Shown here: positions 7,285 to 15,379 of the stretch, piece after piece
Numbering within the stretch: position 1 is the first letter of the stretch
Layout of the letters: each line of letters opens with the position of its first letter
Assembly (NCBI GenBank): GCA_018813625.1
Contig: JAHJBA010000057.1
Location: 1-33,560, forward strand
Origin: Patescibacteria group bacterium
GTDB lineage: Bacteria > Patescibacteriota > Minisyncoccia > Phycocordibacterales > UBA9973
DNA length: 33,560 nucleotides
Reading direction: 5' to 3'
Notes under the pieces: model-generated
Told to the model about the DNA's origin: nothing
Database searches by the model: none
Seen by the model: the letters and a program-made list of their open reading frames with translations, nothing else
Position numbers and translations under genes: made by a program

Positions 7285-7939
7285 AGCAAAAATTTACAAT
7301 CAAAAAGGAATTGAAAAAGGAAAAATAATTCTTTCAGAGAAGGTTTTTGGTGCTAAGTGGCGAGCTGATTTGGTTCATCAGGTCGTAGAAGGCATGCGTT
7401 CTAATAAAAGAGCTGGTACAGCGGATACAAAAGGTAGAGGGGAGGTTTCTGGAGGAGGAAAGAAGCCTTGGAAACAAAAAGGAACAGGACGTGCTCGTCA
7501 TGGATCCACACGAAGCCCTATTTGGGTTGGAGGGGGTGTTACCCATGGGCCTCTTGCAGAAAAGAACTATAAAAGGAAGATTTCGAAGACAATGCGTGCA
7601 CAAGCTTTATTTTCAGTTTTGTCAAAAAAATTAAAAGACGAGGAGATACTCTTTGTTGATTCTTTATCCTTGCCCGGAATTAAGACAAAAGACGCCGTGG
7701 AAGTAATGAAAAATTTAGCTAAGGCCTCAGGATTTAAAATGATCGCTGAATCAAAAAAACCTAAAGCTCTTGTGGCTCTCTATGAGAGAAACGAGAAAGC
7801 AGAAAAAAGTTTTAGAAATTTATCTCAACTTGAAATGGTTTTTTTAAAAAACTTAAACCCCGTAGATGTTTTGAATCATAGATATCTTTTGATAGAAAAT
7901 CCAGAAGAAAGTGTTAAGTTTTTAGAAAGTCGAGGTTAA
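7280..7939 (+). CDS. rplD: 50S ribosomal protein L4
   Basis: MEAKIYNQKG...; KPWKQKGTGRARHGSTRSPIWVGGGVTHGP motif. The upstream in-frame 41 codons (from 7157) are repeat A2. Confidence 0.88.
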   Translation: MEAKIYNQKGIEKGKIILSEKVFGAKWRADLVHQVVEGMRSNKRAGTADTKGRGEVSGGGKKPWKQKGTGRARHGSTRSPIWVGGGVTHGPLAEKNYKRKISKTMRAQALFSVLSKKLKDEEILFVDSLSLPGIKTKDAVEVMKNLAKASGFKMIAESKKPKALVALYERNEKAEKSFRNLSQLEMVFLKNLNPVDVLNHRYLLIENPEESVKFLESRG

Positions 7940-7943
7940 AAAT

Positions 7944-8016
7944 ATACTTGTCCCGTGCTAAATTTTTGATTACGGGGCATAAAGATGAAGATTATTAATA
8001 AAATTTTAGTACTGGG
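7944..8016 (+). repeat. Family B hairpin element, copy B1 (between rplD and rplW)
   Basis: ATACTTGTCCCGTGCTAAATTTTTGATTACGGGGCATAAAGATGAAGATTATTAATAAAATTTTAGTACTGGG, immediately followed by the ATG of rplW. Confidence 0.85.
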
Positions 8017-8292
8017 ATGATAACGATGAAAATAATTAAAAAACCAAGAGTTACCGAGAAGGCATCTTTCGTGGCAGAACAGAATGTTTACACTTTTGAT
8101 GTCCCAAAGTCTGCAAATAAAACGGAGATTAAAAAAGCAATTTTTGAACTTTATAAAGTAAAGCCAGTTAAAGTAAATATTTTAACAGTTCCATCAAAGA
8201 AGATTTTTGTTAGAGGAAAAGTTGGGACAAAGAGTGGTGGTAAAAAAGTTCTTGTTTATTTAAAAAAAGAAGATAAGATAGAAATTATTTAA
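8017..8292 (+). CDS. rplW: 50S ribosomal protein L23
   Basis: IIKKPRVTEKA... is L23-like; position between L4 and L2. The start could also be the ATG at 8026. Confidence 0.92.
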   Translation: MITMKIIKKPRVTEKASFVAEQNVYTFDVPKSANKTEIKKAIFELYKVKPVKVNILTVPSKKIFVRGKVGTKSGGKKVLVYLKKEDKIEII

Positions 8293-8308
8293 TCCTGTAC
8301 AAGAAAAT

Positions 8309-9157
8309 ATGAAAAAATATAAACCTACAACCAAATCAAGAAGACAAATGACGAATGTTAATTATCGTGGGGTTTTAACCAAAACTGAACCGGAAAAATC
8401 GTTGACCCATGGGTTTAGGCGTTCTGTTGGAAGAAATAGTCAAGGGCGCATTACAACTCGTCACAAAGGGTCAGGACACAAGCGTCTTTTCAGGGATATT
8501 GATTTTATGTATGACAAAAAGGAAATTCCGGCAAAAATAAAATCTATAGAATATGACCCGAACCGCTCAGCCTTTATTGGTCTTGCAGTTTATAAAGATG
8601 GTGAAAAAAGATATGTAATCTTACCTAAGTCTATAAAACCAGGAAGTTCATTTTTAGTTTCGGAAAAAGCGGAGCTTACTACTGGCAATAGATTACCTTT
8701 AAAAAATATTCCAGTTGGAACTTTTGTTTACAATGTAGAAATAAAGCCTCGTGGAGGTTCAAAAATAGGAAGATCAGCAGGAATTTTTGCACAAGTTGTA
8801 GCAAACGCAGAAGGGTACACAAATTTAAAAATGCCTTCAAGCGAGGTGCGTAAAGTTTCAGAAAATTGCTGGGCATGTATTGGTTCTGTTTCGAACGAAG
8901 AACATCATTTAGAGAACTATGGTAAGGCAGGTAGATCTCGCTGGAAGGGAATTCGACCGACTGTGCGAGGAACCGCCATGAATCCGGTTGATCATCCCTA
9001 TGGCGGAGGAGAAGGAAGACAGGGACGTGGAACAAAGAGGCCAAAAACAAAGTGGGGAAAGGTGACTGGCGGAAGAAAAACTAGAAAACCAAAGAAATAT
9101 TCAAATATATTTATTGTATCTCGCAGAAAAACAGGCAAATCCAGAAAAAGTCAATAA
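8309..9157 (+). CDS. rplB: 50S ribosomal protein L2
   Basis: 282 aa; HKGSGHKRLFRDIDF and MNPVDHPYGGGEGR motifs. Confidence 0.97.
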   Translation: MKKYKPTTKSRRQMTNVNYRGVLTKTEPEKSLTHGFRRSVGRNSQGRITTRHKGSGHKRLFRDIDFMYDKKEIPAKIKSIEYDPNRSAFIGLAVYKDGEKRYVILPKSIKPGSSFLVSEKAELTTGNRLPLKNIPVGTFVYNVEIKPRGGSKIGRSAGIFAQVVANAEGYTNLKMPSSEVRKVSENCWACIGSVSNEEHHLENYGKAGRSRWKGIRPTVRGTAMNPVDHPYGGGEGRQGRGTKRPKTKWGKVTGGRKTRKPKKYSNIFIVSRRKTGKSRKSQ

Positions 9158-9174
9158 AAACAAAAACTTTTTTA

Positions 9175-9201
9175 ATACACAGGCGAGTCCTGTGTATTTT
9201 T
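9175..9201 (+). terminator. Rho-independent terminator inside the S10 cluster (after rplB)
   Basis: ATACACAGG-cgagt-CCTGTGTAT followed by TTTTTGTTTTTG. Confidence 0.7.
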
Positions 9202-9209
9202 GTTTTTGT

Positions 9210-9237
9210 TTGACTTTATTTTGTATTTTGCTATTAT
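9210..9237 (+). promoter_or_regulatory. Sigma70-like promoter upstream of rpsS
   Basis: TTGACT (9210-9215), 16-nt spacer, TATTAT (9232-9237). Confidence 0.55.
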
Positions 9238-9276
9238 AAAACTTAGCTCGATTTCGGGCTTTATTTATTATAGTTT

Positions 9277-9618
9277 ATGACACGATCAATTAAAAAAGGT
9301 ATAAATTTGGATGAAAGGTTATTAAAAAAGATAGCTGGGAAAAATCCGCTTCAAACTCCAATGGTAAAAACATGGAATAGGGCGTGCCAGATAGCACCTG
9401 AAATGGTTGGCTTTACTTTCGGTGTCTATAATGGAAAAAGTCACATTGAAGTCTTGGTGTCAGAGGATATGGTTGGGCACAGACTAGGGGAGTTTTCTCC
9501 AACCAGAAAGTTTATAAAACATGGAGGAAAGATGCAGAAAGAGCTTGAGCAGAAGAAGAAAGAAGCCGAAATAGCTCAGGCCAAAGCTGCTACAGCGGCG
9601 GCAGCCGATAAAAAATAA
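9277..9618 (+). CDS. rpsS: 30S ribosomal protein S19 with a C-terminal extension
   Basis: GHRLGEFSPTRKFIKHG motif; ~20 extra Lys/Ala-rich residues at the C-terminus. Confidence 0.95.
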   Translation: MTRSIKKGINLDERLLKKIAGKNPLQTPMVKTWNRACQIAPEMVGFTFGVYNGKSHIEVLVSEDMVGHRLGEFSPTRKFIKHGGKMQKELEQKKKEAEIAQAKAATAAAADKK

Positions 9619-9654
9619 CCTGCCTGCCGGGCAGGTAGGTTTAATAAAAAAATC

Positions 9655-10146
9655 ATGAAAGCATTTTTAAAAAATTACAGACAATCTCCTAGAAAAGTTC
9701 GCTTAGTTGCAGGACTCATTAAGGGCAAGGATGTTGCGAGGGCTATCGTTGAGCTTGATTTTTTAGTGAAGCGCGCAGGAGACCCGATCAAAAAACTTTT
9801 ACTTTCTGCTGTTGCGAATGCTAGTCAGATGGGAAAGGAAAAAGAAAATTTATTTATAAAGGAAGTGCGAGTTGATAAGGGAATAGTTATGAAAAGAATA
9901 ATGCCAGCCGCCATGGGGTCAGCACATAGGATTAACAAACGCACGAGTCATATAATCCTGACTCTTGGAGAGAAGGGGGAAAAAATGATAAAAAACAAAA
10001 AAGAAGAGAAAAAAAATTTAAAAACAAAAGAGGGGAAAAAGCCCATAAAAGATGTTTTAGACAGCAATATTAAAAAAGAAGTCAAAAAAACAGCTAAAAA
10101 AGAAGTCAAAAAAGTCGTAAAAAAGGTAGTAACCAAGAAAAAATAA
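9655..10146 (+). CDS. rplV: 50S ribosomal protein L22 with a ~50-aa Lys-rich C-terminal extension
   Basis: SPRKVRLVAGLIKGKDV... L22 core followed by a KKEVKKTAKKEVKKVVKKVVTKKK tail. Confidence 0.93.
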   Translation: MKAFLKNYRQSPRKVRLVAGLIKGKDVARAIVELDFLVKRAGDPIKKLLLSAVANASQMGKEKENLFIKEVRVDKGIVMKRIMPAAMGSAHRINKRTSHIILTLGEKGEKMIKNKKEEKKNLKTKEGKKPIKDVLDSNIKKEVKKTAKKEVKKVVKKVVTKKK

Positions 10147-10150
10147 TTAT

Positions 10151-10825
10151 ATGTCAAAGATAGTTCATCCATATGCACATAGATTGATTATTTTAAGGGA
10201 CTGGAAGTCTCGCTGGTTTGCTGATCATAAAAAATATTGCGACTATCTTAAAAGCGACGTTCTTTTGCGTGAATATTTAGAGAAGAAATTACGTGGCATG
10301 CATGTTTCTTCTATTGAGATTGAAAGGAGCAGGAAAGCTACACGCTTCATTATTAAAACTTCTCGTCCGGGTCTTATAATTGGAAGGAACGGGGAAGGTG
10401 CGACCAAATTAAAAGAAGATATCCTGAGTAAGATGAATAAGCTAAATCTTCAAAAGGCTGAAGATTTTAAGCTTGAAATTGTAGAAATTGCAAATCCAGA
10501 AGCGGATGCATCAATTGTCGCATATATGATAGCCGAAGGTTTAGAAAAAAGAATGCCGTATCGTCGGGTCATCAAACAAGTTATTGAAAAAGTTATGGCA
10601 ACTCATGGAGTTGAGGGGGCACGCATAGTACTTTCCGGTAGGTTGGGAGGGGCTGAGATAGCTCGCACAGAAGAACTGAAGCGCGGATCTATCCCTCTTC
10701 AAACTTTTCGTGCGGATATCGATTTCAGGAGAGAAAGAGCGCACTTGCCCTATGGTGATATAGGTATAAAGGTTTGGATTTATCGTGGCAAAATCTTTGC
10801 AGACAAAAAAAAGAAGGAAAATTAA
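10151..10825 (+). CDS. rpsC: 30S ribosomal protein S3
   Basis: KIVHPYAHRL...WKSRWFA; GRLGGAEIARTE motif. Confidence 0.96.
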   Translation: MSKIVHPYAHRLIILRDWKSRWFADHKKYCDYLKSDVLLREYLEKKLRGMHVSSIEIERSRKATRFIIKTSRPGLIIGRNGEGATKLKEDILSKMNKLNLQKAEDFKLEIVEIANPEADASIVAYMIAEGLEKRMPYRRVIKQVIEKVMATHGVEGARIVLSGRLGGAEIARTEELKRGSIPLQTFRADIDFRRERAHLPYGDIGIKVWIYRGKIFADKKKKEN

Positions 10826-10841
10826 GAATTAATTAAACAAC

Positions 10842-11267
10842 ATGTTATTACCAAAGAAAGTAAAATTTAGAAAATGGCATACCGGACGCTTAAATCCAAA
10901 AGCTATGACGCCAGAAACCAGGGGGACGAAGCTTGCCTTCGGTTCTTTTGGGCTTAAGGCTGAGACTCAATCTCGTGTAAAATCAAACCAGATCGAATCT
11001 GCCAGAAAGGTTATATCTCGTACGCTTACTAAGGCTGGTAAATATTGGATACGTATTTTCCCAGATCGTCCCTATACTGCAAAAGCAGCAGAGGTAGGAA
11101 TGGGAAAGGGAAAAGGAGACCCGCAGGGATATTGTTTTGAAGTTTTTCCGGGACGTATTCTTTTTGAAGTTGATGGAGTTGAAGGATCGATTGCAAAAGA
11201 AGCCCTAAGAAAAGCTGGTACGAAGCTTCCGCTTAAGACTAGGATTATTTCAAGATCTAATAAATAA
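10842..11267 (+). CDS. rplP: 50S ribosomal protein L16
   Basis: MLLPKKVKFRKWHTGR... is a canonical L16 start. Confidence 0.97.
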   Translation: MLLPKKVKFRKWHTGRLNPKAMTPETRGTKLAFGSFGLKAETQSRVKSNQIESARKVISRTLTKAGKYWIRIFPDRPYTAKAAEVGMGKGKGDPQGYCFEVFPGRILFEVDGVEGSIAKEALRKAGTKLPLKTRIISRSNK

Positions 11268-11275
11268 TATTTATT

Positions 11276-11476
11276 ATGGCAAAAAAAGATGAAAATTTAA
11301 AAGGGATGAACCAAGAAGAGCTAAAAATAAAGCTCGCTGATCTGAGAGAGAGTATTAGAGTTTTGCGGTTTAAAATGGAAGGTTCAAAGTCAAAGAATGT
11401 TAAATTACTCGGATCTCTCAGAAAGCAAGTAGCGAGAGTGTTAACAGAAATAAATAAAAATAATAAAAAGAAATAA
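11276..11476 (+). CDS. rpmC: 50S ribosomal protein L29
   Basis: 66 aa; ELKIKLADLRESIRVLRFK is L29-like; position between L16 and S17. Confidence 0.9.
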   Translation: MAKKDENLKGMNQEELKIKLADLRESIRVLRFKMEGSKSKNVKLLGSLRKQVARVLTEINKNNKKK

Positions 11477-11479
11477 TAT

Positions 11480-11761
11480 ATGGATACAAAGGCAACAAAA
11501 AAAGAAAAGAAAAAAGGAGGGAGTATTTTAAGGGGGGTGGTTATTTCTGACAAGATGAATAAAACCATTGTTGTTTCTGTTTCGAGGTTTTTAAAGCATC
11601 CTAAATATGGAAAGTTTTATAAGATTAGCAAGAAATATAAAGCACACGATGAAGATAATAAATATAAGACAGGAGACAAAGTGGAAATAGTTGAAACTAG
11701 GCCGATTTCAAAAGATAAAAAATTTAAAGTAATTAACCACGCCAAGGCGGGACAAGAATAA
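11480..11761 (+). CDS. rpsQ: 30S ribosomal protein S17
   Basis: [29 protein letters not shown] motif. Confidence 0.93.
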   Translation: MDTKATKKEKKKGGSILRGVVISDKMNKTIVVSVSRFLKHPKYGKFYKISKKYKAHDEDNKYKTGDKVEIVETRPISKDKKFKVINHAKAGQE

Positions 11762-11765
11762 TTTT

Positions 11766-12137
11766 ATGATTCAACCAGAAACATTAGTTAAAATAACAGA
11801 CAACGCAGGAGGTACTCTCGGAAAAGTCTTTAAGGTCTTAGGGTCTGCGCATAAAAGATATGCCACTTTAGGTGAAAGGGTTATTATTTCCGTAAAGGTT
11901 GCTCAGCCTAGAAAGGCCGTAAAGAAAAAAGATGTATGTCAGGCAGTCGTAGTGAGAACTAGGAATGCTTATAGAAGAAAAGATGGATCTTATATTCGTT
12001 TTGATGATAATGCTGTGGTAATTTTAGAAAAAGGGAAGCAAGATCCAAAGGCAGGTCGTATTTTTGGTCCAATACCGAGAGAATTGGCGGAAAAGGGTTT
12101 TCAGAAGATAGTTTCTTTGGCGCCAGAGGTAATTTAA
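11766..12137 (+). CDS. rplN: 50S ribosomal protein L14
   Basis: MIQPETLVKITDNAG... is a canonical L14 start; 123 aa. Confidence 0.97.
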   Translation: MIQPETLVKITDNAGGTLGKVFKVLGSAHKRYATLGERVIISVKVAQPRKAVKKKDVCQAVVVRTRNAYRRKDGSYIRFDDNAVVILEKGKQDPKAGRIFGPIPRELAEKGFQKIVSLAPEVI

Positions 12138-12156
12138 TAAGTTTTAATATTTAAAA

Positions 12157-12462
12157 ATGAAATTAAGAAAAGGAGACAATGTAATAGTGATGGCTGGAAA
12201 GGATAAAGGCAAAAAGGGTAAAATTATCCGTGTTTTAGTTGAAAAAAATAAAGTTGTGGTGGAAGGCGCCAACATGACAAAGAAACATCAGCGTCCAAAG
12301 AAATCCGGGGAGAAAGGACAAATAATAAGTATTGCGATGCCTATACATGCATCGAATGTTATGATAGTGGATCCTAAAAGTGGAAAGGGTTCGCGCATTG
12401 GAAAGAAAAAAGTTGGTGATAAAATGATTCGCATTGCACGTAAAAGTAACCAAGAAATCTAA
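12157..12462 (+). CDS. rplX: 50S ribosomal protein L24
   Basis: KLRKGDNVIVMAGKDKGKKGKI KOW motif. Confidence 0.93.
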   Translation: MKLRKGDNVIVMAGKDKGKKGKIIRVLVEKNKVVVEGANMTKKHQRPKKSGEKGQIISIAMPIHASNVMIVDPKSGKGSRIGKKKVGDKMIRIARKSNQEI

Positions 12463-12469
12463 TTAAAAT

Positions 12470-13033
12470 ATGAAACATTTAACTGTAAAAGAAAAAGAGG
12501 CACATGTATTTGAAAAAATGAAAGGAGCTTTTCATTATAAAAATGCTATGGCTGCTCCAAAACTAAAGAAGATAGTTTTAAATGTTGGCACAGGCACAGC
12601 TGTTAAAAAAGATAAAAATAAAAATGAAGCAATAGCAGAACGCTTAACTAAAATTACGGGACAAAAACCTGCCCTACGCGGGGCCAAGCAATCCATTTCT
12701 TCTTTCAAAATTCGCCAGGGTGATCCAGTTGGAATAATGGTTACACTTCGCGGGAAGAGAATGTACGCCTTTTTAGAAAAATTGATTAATATTGCACTTC
12801 CTCGCACGAAGGACTTTCGTGGAATTAATAGAAAGGCAGTTGATAATGTCGGAAATCTAACTCTTGGCATTAAGGAACACACAATTTTCCCAGAAACAGC
12901 AGACGAGGATATCAAAGATGTTTTTGGTCTTTCTGTTGCTTTAGTTTCTTCTGCTAAGTCAAAAGGTGAGGCTTTTACTTTCTATGAACTTCTTGGTATT
13001 CCTTTTAAAAAGGAAGACGAAAAGAAGAAATAA
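12470..13033 (+). CDS. rplE: 50S ribosomal protein L5
   Basis: 187 aa; GNLTLGIKEHTIFPE motif; position after L24. Confidence 0.96.
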   Translation: MKHLTVKEKEAHVFEKMKGAFHYKNAMAAPKLKKIVLNVGTGTAVKKDKNKNEAIAERLTKITGQKPALRGAKQSISSFKIRQGDPVGIMVTLRGKRMYAFLEKLINIALPRTKDFRGINRKAVDNVGNLTLGIKEHTIFPETADEDIKDVFGLSVALVSSAKSKGEAFTFYELLGIPFKKEDEKKK

Positions 13034-13046
13034 GATTTTTTTAAAA

Positions 13047-13070
13047 GGCTCCCCAAGGGAGTCTTTCTGT
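13047..13070 (+). terminator. Putative terminator after rplE (inside the spc cluster)
   Basis: GGCTCCC-caa-GGGAGTC hairpin followed by TTTCTGTTT. Confidence 0.5.
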
Positions 13071-13099
13071 TTGACTAATTCTGAGCTTTTTGATAGGAT
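13071..13099 (+). promoter_or_regulatory. Sigma70-like promoter upstream of rpsN
   Basis: TTGACT (13071-13076), 17-nt spacer, TAGGAT (13094-13099). Confidence 0.55.
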
Positions 13100-13205
13100 A
13101 TATGGGTCTGGGATATTAGGTCTGATCTGTGTTTCTCCTTAAGGCTTTTAATAAGGTTTTAAGAAAAAACACAAGATATCACCTATAAACAGACGATATT
13201 TATTT

Positions 13206-13391
13206 ATGGCAAAAACATCAGTAGTAGCTAGATCAAAAAAGAAACCAAAATTTTCAAGCCGAGCCAAAAATCGATGTTTTCGCTGTGGGCGAGGAAATGG
13301 TTTTATGAGGGACTTTGGTCTTTGTCGTATTTGTTTCAGAGAATTGGCAAACGAGGGAATGTTGCCTGGAGTAAGAAAGTCTTCTTGGTAA
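13206..13391 (+). CDS. rpsN: 30S ribosomal protein S14, zinc-binding type Z (61 aa)
   Basis: [25 protein letters not shown] carries CxxC...CxxC; 61-aa short form. Confidence 0.93.
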   Translation: MAKTSVVARSKKKPKFSSRAKNRCFRCGRGNGFMRDFGLCRICFRELANEGMLPGVRKSSW

Positions 13392-13401
13392 AAATAAATT
13401 T

Positions 13402-13788
13402 ATGGATTCAATTTCAAACATGATAATAATGATGAAAAACGCAAGCTTGGCAGGCAAGGAGTCTGTTTCTTTTCCATCTTCGAAGATAAAGAGTGCAATT
13501 TCAGAATGTTTAAAAAAGGAAGGTTTTATTTCCTCTGTTTCGAAGAAAGTTAAAGGGGGAATTCCCGTGATTGAAGTTGGATTAATTTATGTTGATAAAA
13601 AACCAAAAATTACGGAAGTGGAAAGAATCTCAAAACAATCAAGGAGGGTTTATTTTGGAGTGAAGGATATTCATACAATCAGGAATGGATTTGGCCTTCT
13701 TGTTCTTTCGACGCCAAAGGGCATTTTATCAGGGAAAGAAGCAAGAAAAGAACAGGTCGGAGGTGAAGCTTTATTTAAAATTTGGTAG
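13402..13788 (+). CDS. rpsH: 30S ribosomal protein S8
   Basis: 128 aa; DSISNMIIMMKNA start and GGEALFKIW end are S8-like. Confidence 0.95.
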   Translation: MDSISNMIIMMKNASLAGKESVSFPSSKIKSAISECLKKEGFISSVSKKVKGGIPVIEVGLIYVDKKPKITEVERISKQSRRVYFGVKDIHTIRNGFGLLVLSTPKGILSGKEARKEQVGGEALFKIW

Positions 13789-13818
13789 TTCGATTAACTC
13801 ACTATAAATAAAAATTTT

Positions 13819-14352
13819 ATGTCAAGAATAGGCAAACAAGAAATACAAATACCGACAGGAGTGGAAGTAAGCCGAGATGGTGCTATTTTGACAGTTAAGG
13901 GCCCAAAGGGGACGCTTTCAAAAAACTTTAGAGATGAAGTTGAGATAAAAATTGCTGATGGAACAATAATCCTGAATGTTAAAAGAAATGATAAATTTTC
14001 AAAATCTCTTTGGGGGACATACGCTTCCCATATTAAAAACATGATTACTGGAGTGCAAGTTCCGTATCAAAAGAAATTAATTTTAGAGGGAGTAGGATTC
14101 AAGTCGGAAGTTAAGGGAAAGGAACTGCACCTTGCTTTAGGATTTTCTCATCCGGTTGTGGTAAAAATACCTGAAGACATTACGGTTACAGCAGAAAAAA
14201 ATAATATTACTGTTTCAGGGATTGATAAAGAATTAGTTGGAAGTTTTACTGCTGGTGTTCGAGCACTTAAGAAGCCAGAACCATACAAGGGCAAGGGAAT
14301 GCGTTATGAAGATGAAGTAATTAGACGCAAGCAGGGGAAAAAGACAGTATAG
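13819..14352 (+). CDS. rplF: 50S ribosomal protein L6
   Basis: MSRIGKQEIQIPTGVEV... is a canonical L6 start. Confidence 0.96.
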   Translation: MSRIGKQEIQIPTGVEVSRDGAILTVKGPKGTLSKNFRDEVEIKIADGTIILNVKRNDKFSKSLWGTYASHIKNMITGVQVPYQKKLILEGVGFKSEVKGKELHLALGFSHPVVVKIPEDITVTAEKNNITVSGIDKELVGSFTAGVRALKKPEPYKGKGMRYEDEVIRRKQGKKTV

Positions 14353-14380
14353 GTAGTTAAAAATTATAAATTCTAAAAAT

Positions 14381-14722
14381 ATGGTCAAGAAAAATGACAA
14401 AAGAATAAGACTGAAGAAAAAGATTAAAGCAAAAATTTTAGGCACTTCGGAGCGCCCAAGATTATCTGTATTTCGGTCAAATAGATTTGTCTATGCGCAA
14501 ATTATTGACGATATTGCAAAAAAGACCTTAGTTCAAGCTAGTGATATTAAAGTGAAGAAGGGTACAAAAACAGATAGAGCAAAACAGGTTGGTAAAATGA
14601 TTGCTGAAGTTGCTCTTAGTAAAAAAATAAAAAAGGTTGTCTTTGATAGAAATGGGTTTAAGTATACTGGGCGAATAAAATTAATAGCTGACGAAGCTAG
14701 GGCAAATGGCCTTAAATTTTAA
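14381..14722 (+). CDS. rplR: 50S ribosomal protein L18
   Basis: RPRLSVFRSNRFVYAQIIDD motif. Confidence 0.93.
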   Translation: MVKKNDKRIRLKKKIKAKILGTSERPRLSVFRSNRFVYAQIIDDIAKKTLVQASDIKVKKGTKTDRAKQVGKMIAEVALSKKIKKVVFDRNGFKYTGRIKLIADEARANGLKF

Positions 14723-14730
14723 TTAAATAT

Positions 14731-15303
14731 ATGGAAAAAACAAATGAAAAAAAGAATAATCGTCGGACTTCTTCTTTTAGTAAACCAAAACCTGAATTTG
14801 ATCAGAAAATTGTGGATATCCGTCGTGTAACTCGTGTGGTTGCTGGCGGACGTAGATTTTCTTTTAGTGTTGTATTGGTGGCGGGAGACAGAAAAGGATC
14901 TATTGGTCTTGGGTTAGGAAAGGCGGGAGACACCTCTTTGGCGATAAACAAAGCCCTCAGAAATGCTAAGAAAAATATGATAAAACTTAACTTAACAAAA
15001 ACAATGTCAATTCCGCACGAACTTTCCGCAAAATTTTCAAGTTCAAGTATAATTATTATACCCAACAAAGGACGTGGCCTTGTAGCAGGCTCAGTGATTC
15101 GTGACATTGTTAAGTTAGCTGGGATTAAGGATATTACTGGAAAAATCTTATCTGGCAGTAAAAACAAGCTTAATAATGCTAAGGCTGTTATGACAGCACT
15201 TTCTATTATTTCTAGCAAGTATTCAAAGCCCATATTGAGGGAAGAGGAGAACGAGAAAAATGTTTTGAAGGGCGATTTAGCAGAAGTCGAGGAAGATAAA
15301 TAA
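14731..15303 (+). CDS. rpsE: 30S ribosomal protein S5 (with terminal extensions)
   Basis: IVDIRRVTRVVAGGRRFSFSVVLVAGDRKGSIGLGLGKA motif; 190 aa. Confidence 0.93.
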   Translation: MEKTNEKKNNRRTSSFSKPKPEFDQKIVDIRRVTRVVAGGRRFSFSVVLVAGDRKGSIGLGLGKAGDTSLAINKALRNAKKNMIKLNLTKTMSIPHELSAKFSSSSIIIIPNKGRGLVAGSVIRDIVKLAGIKDITGKILSGSKNKLNNAKAVMTALSIISSKYSKPILREEENEKNVLKGDLAEVEEDK

Positions 15304-15307
15304 ATTT

Positions 15308-15379
15308 TACTTGTCCCGTACTAAATTTTTGATTACGGGGCATAACAATGAAGATTATTAATAAAATTTTAGTACTGGG
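15308..15379 (+). repeat. Family B hairpin element, copy B2 (between rpsE and rplO, in the usual L30 slot)
   Basis: TACTTGTCCCGTACTAAATTTTTGATTACGGGGCATAACAATGAAGATTATTAATAAAATTTTAGTACTGGG followed by the ATG of rplO. Confidence 0.85.

Noticed and set aside
7985-8019. The family B mini-ORF (MKIINKILVLG) as a conserved small protein gene.
   Set aside because: Its C-terminus differs in every copy (stop on, or 2-5 codons past, the downstream ATG), and copy B3 encodes a different peptide. It is kept only as a possible regulatory uORF within the family B finding.
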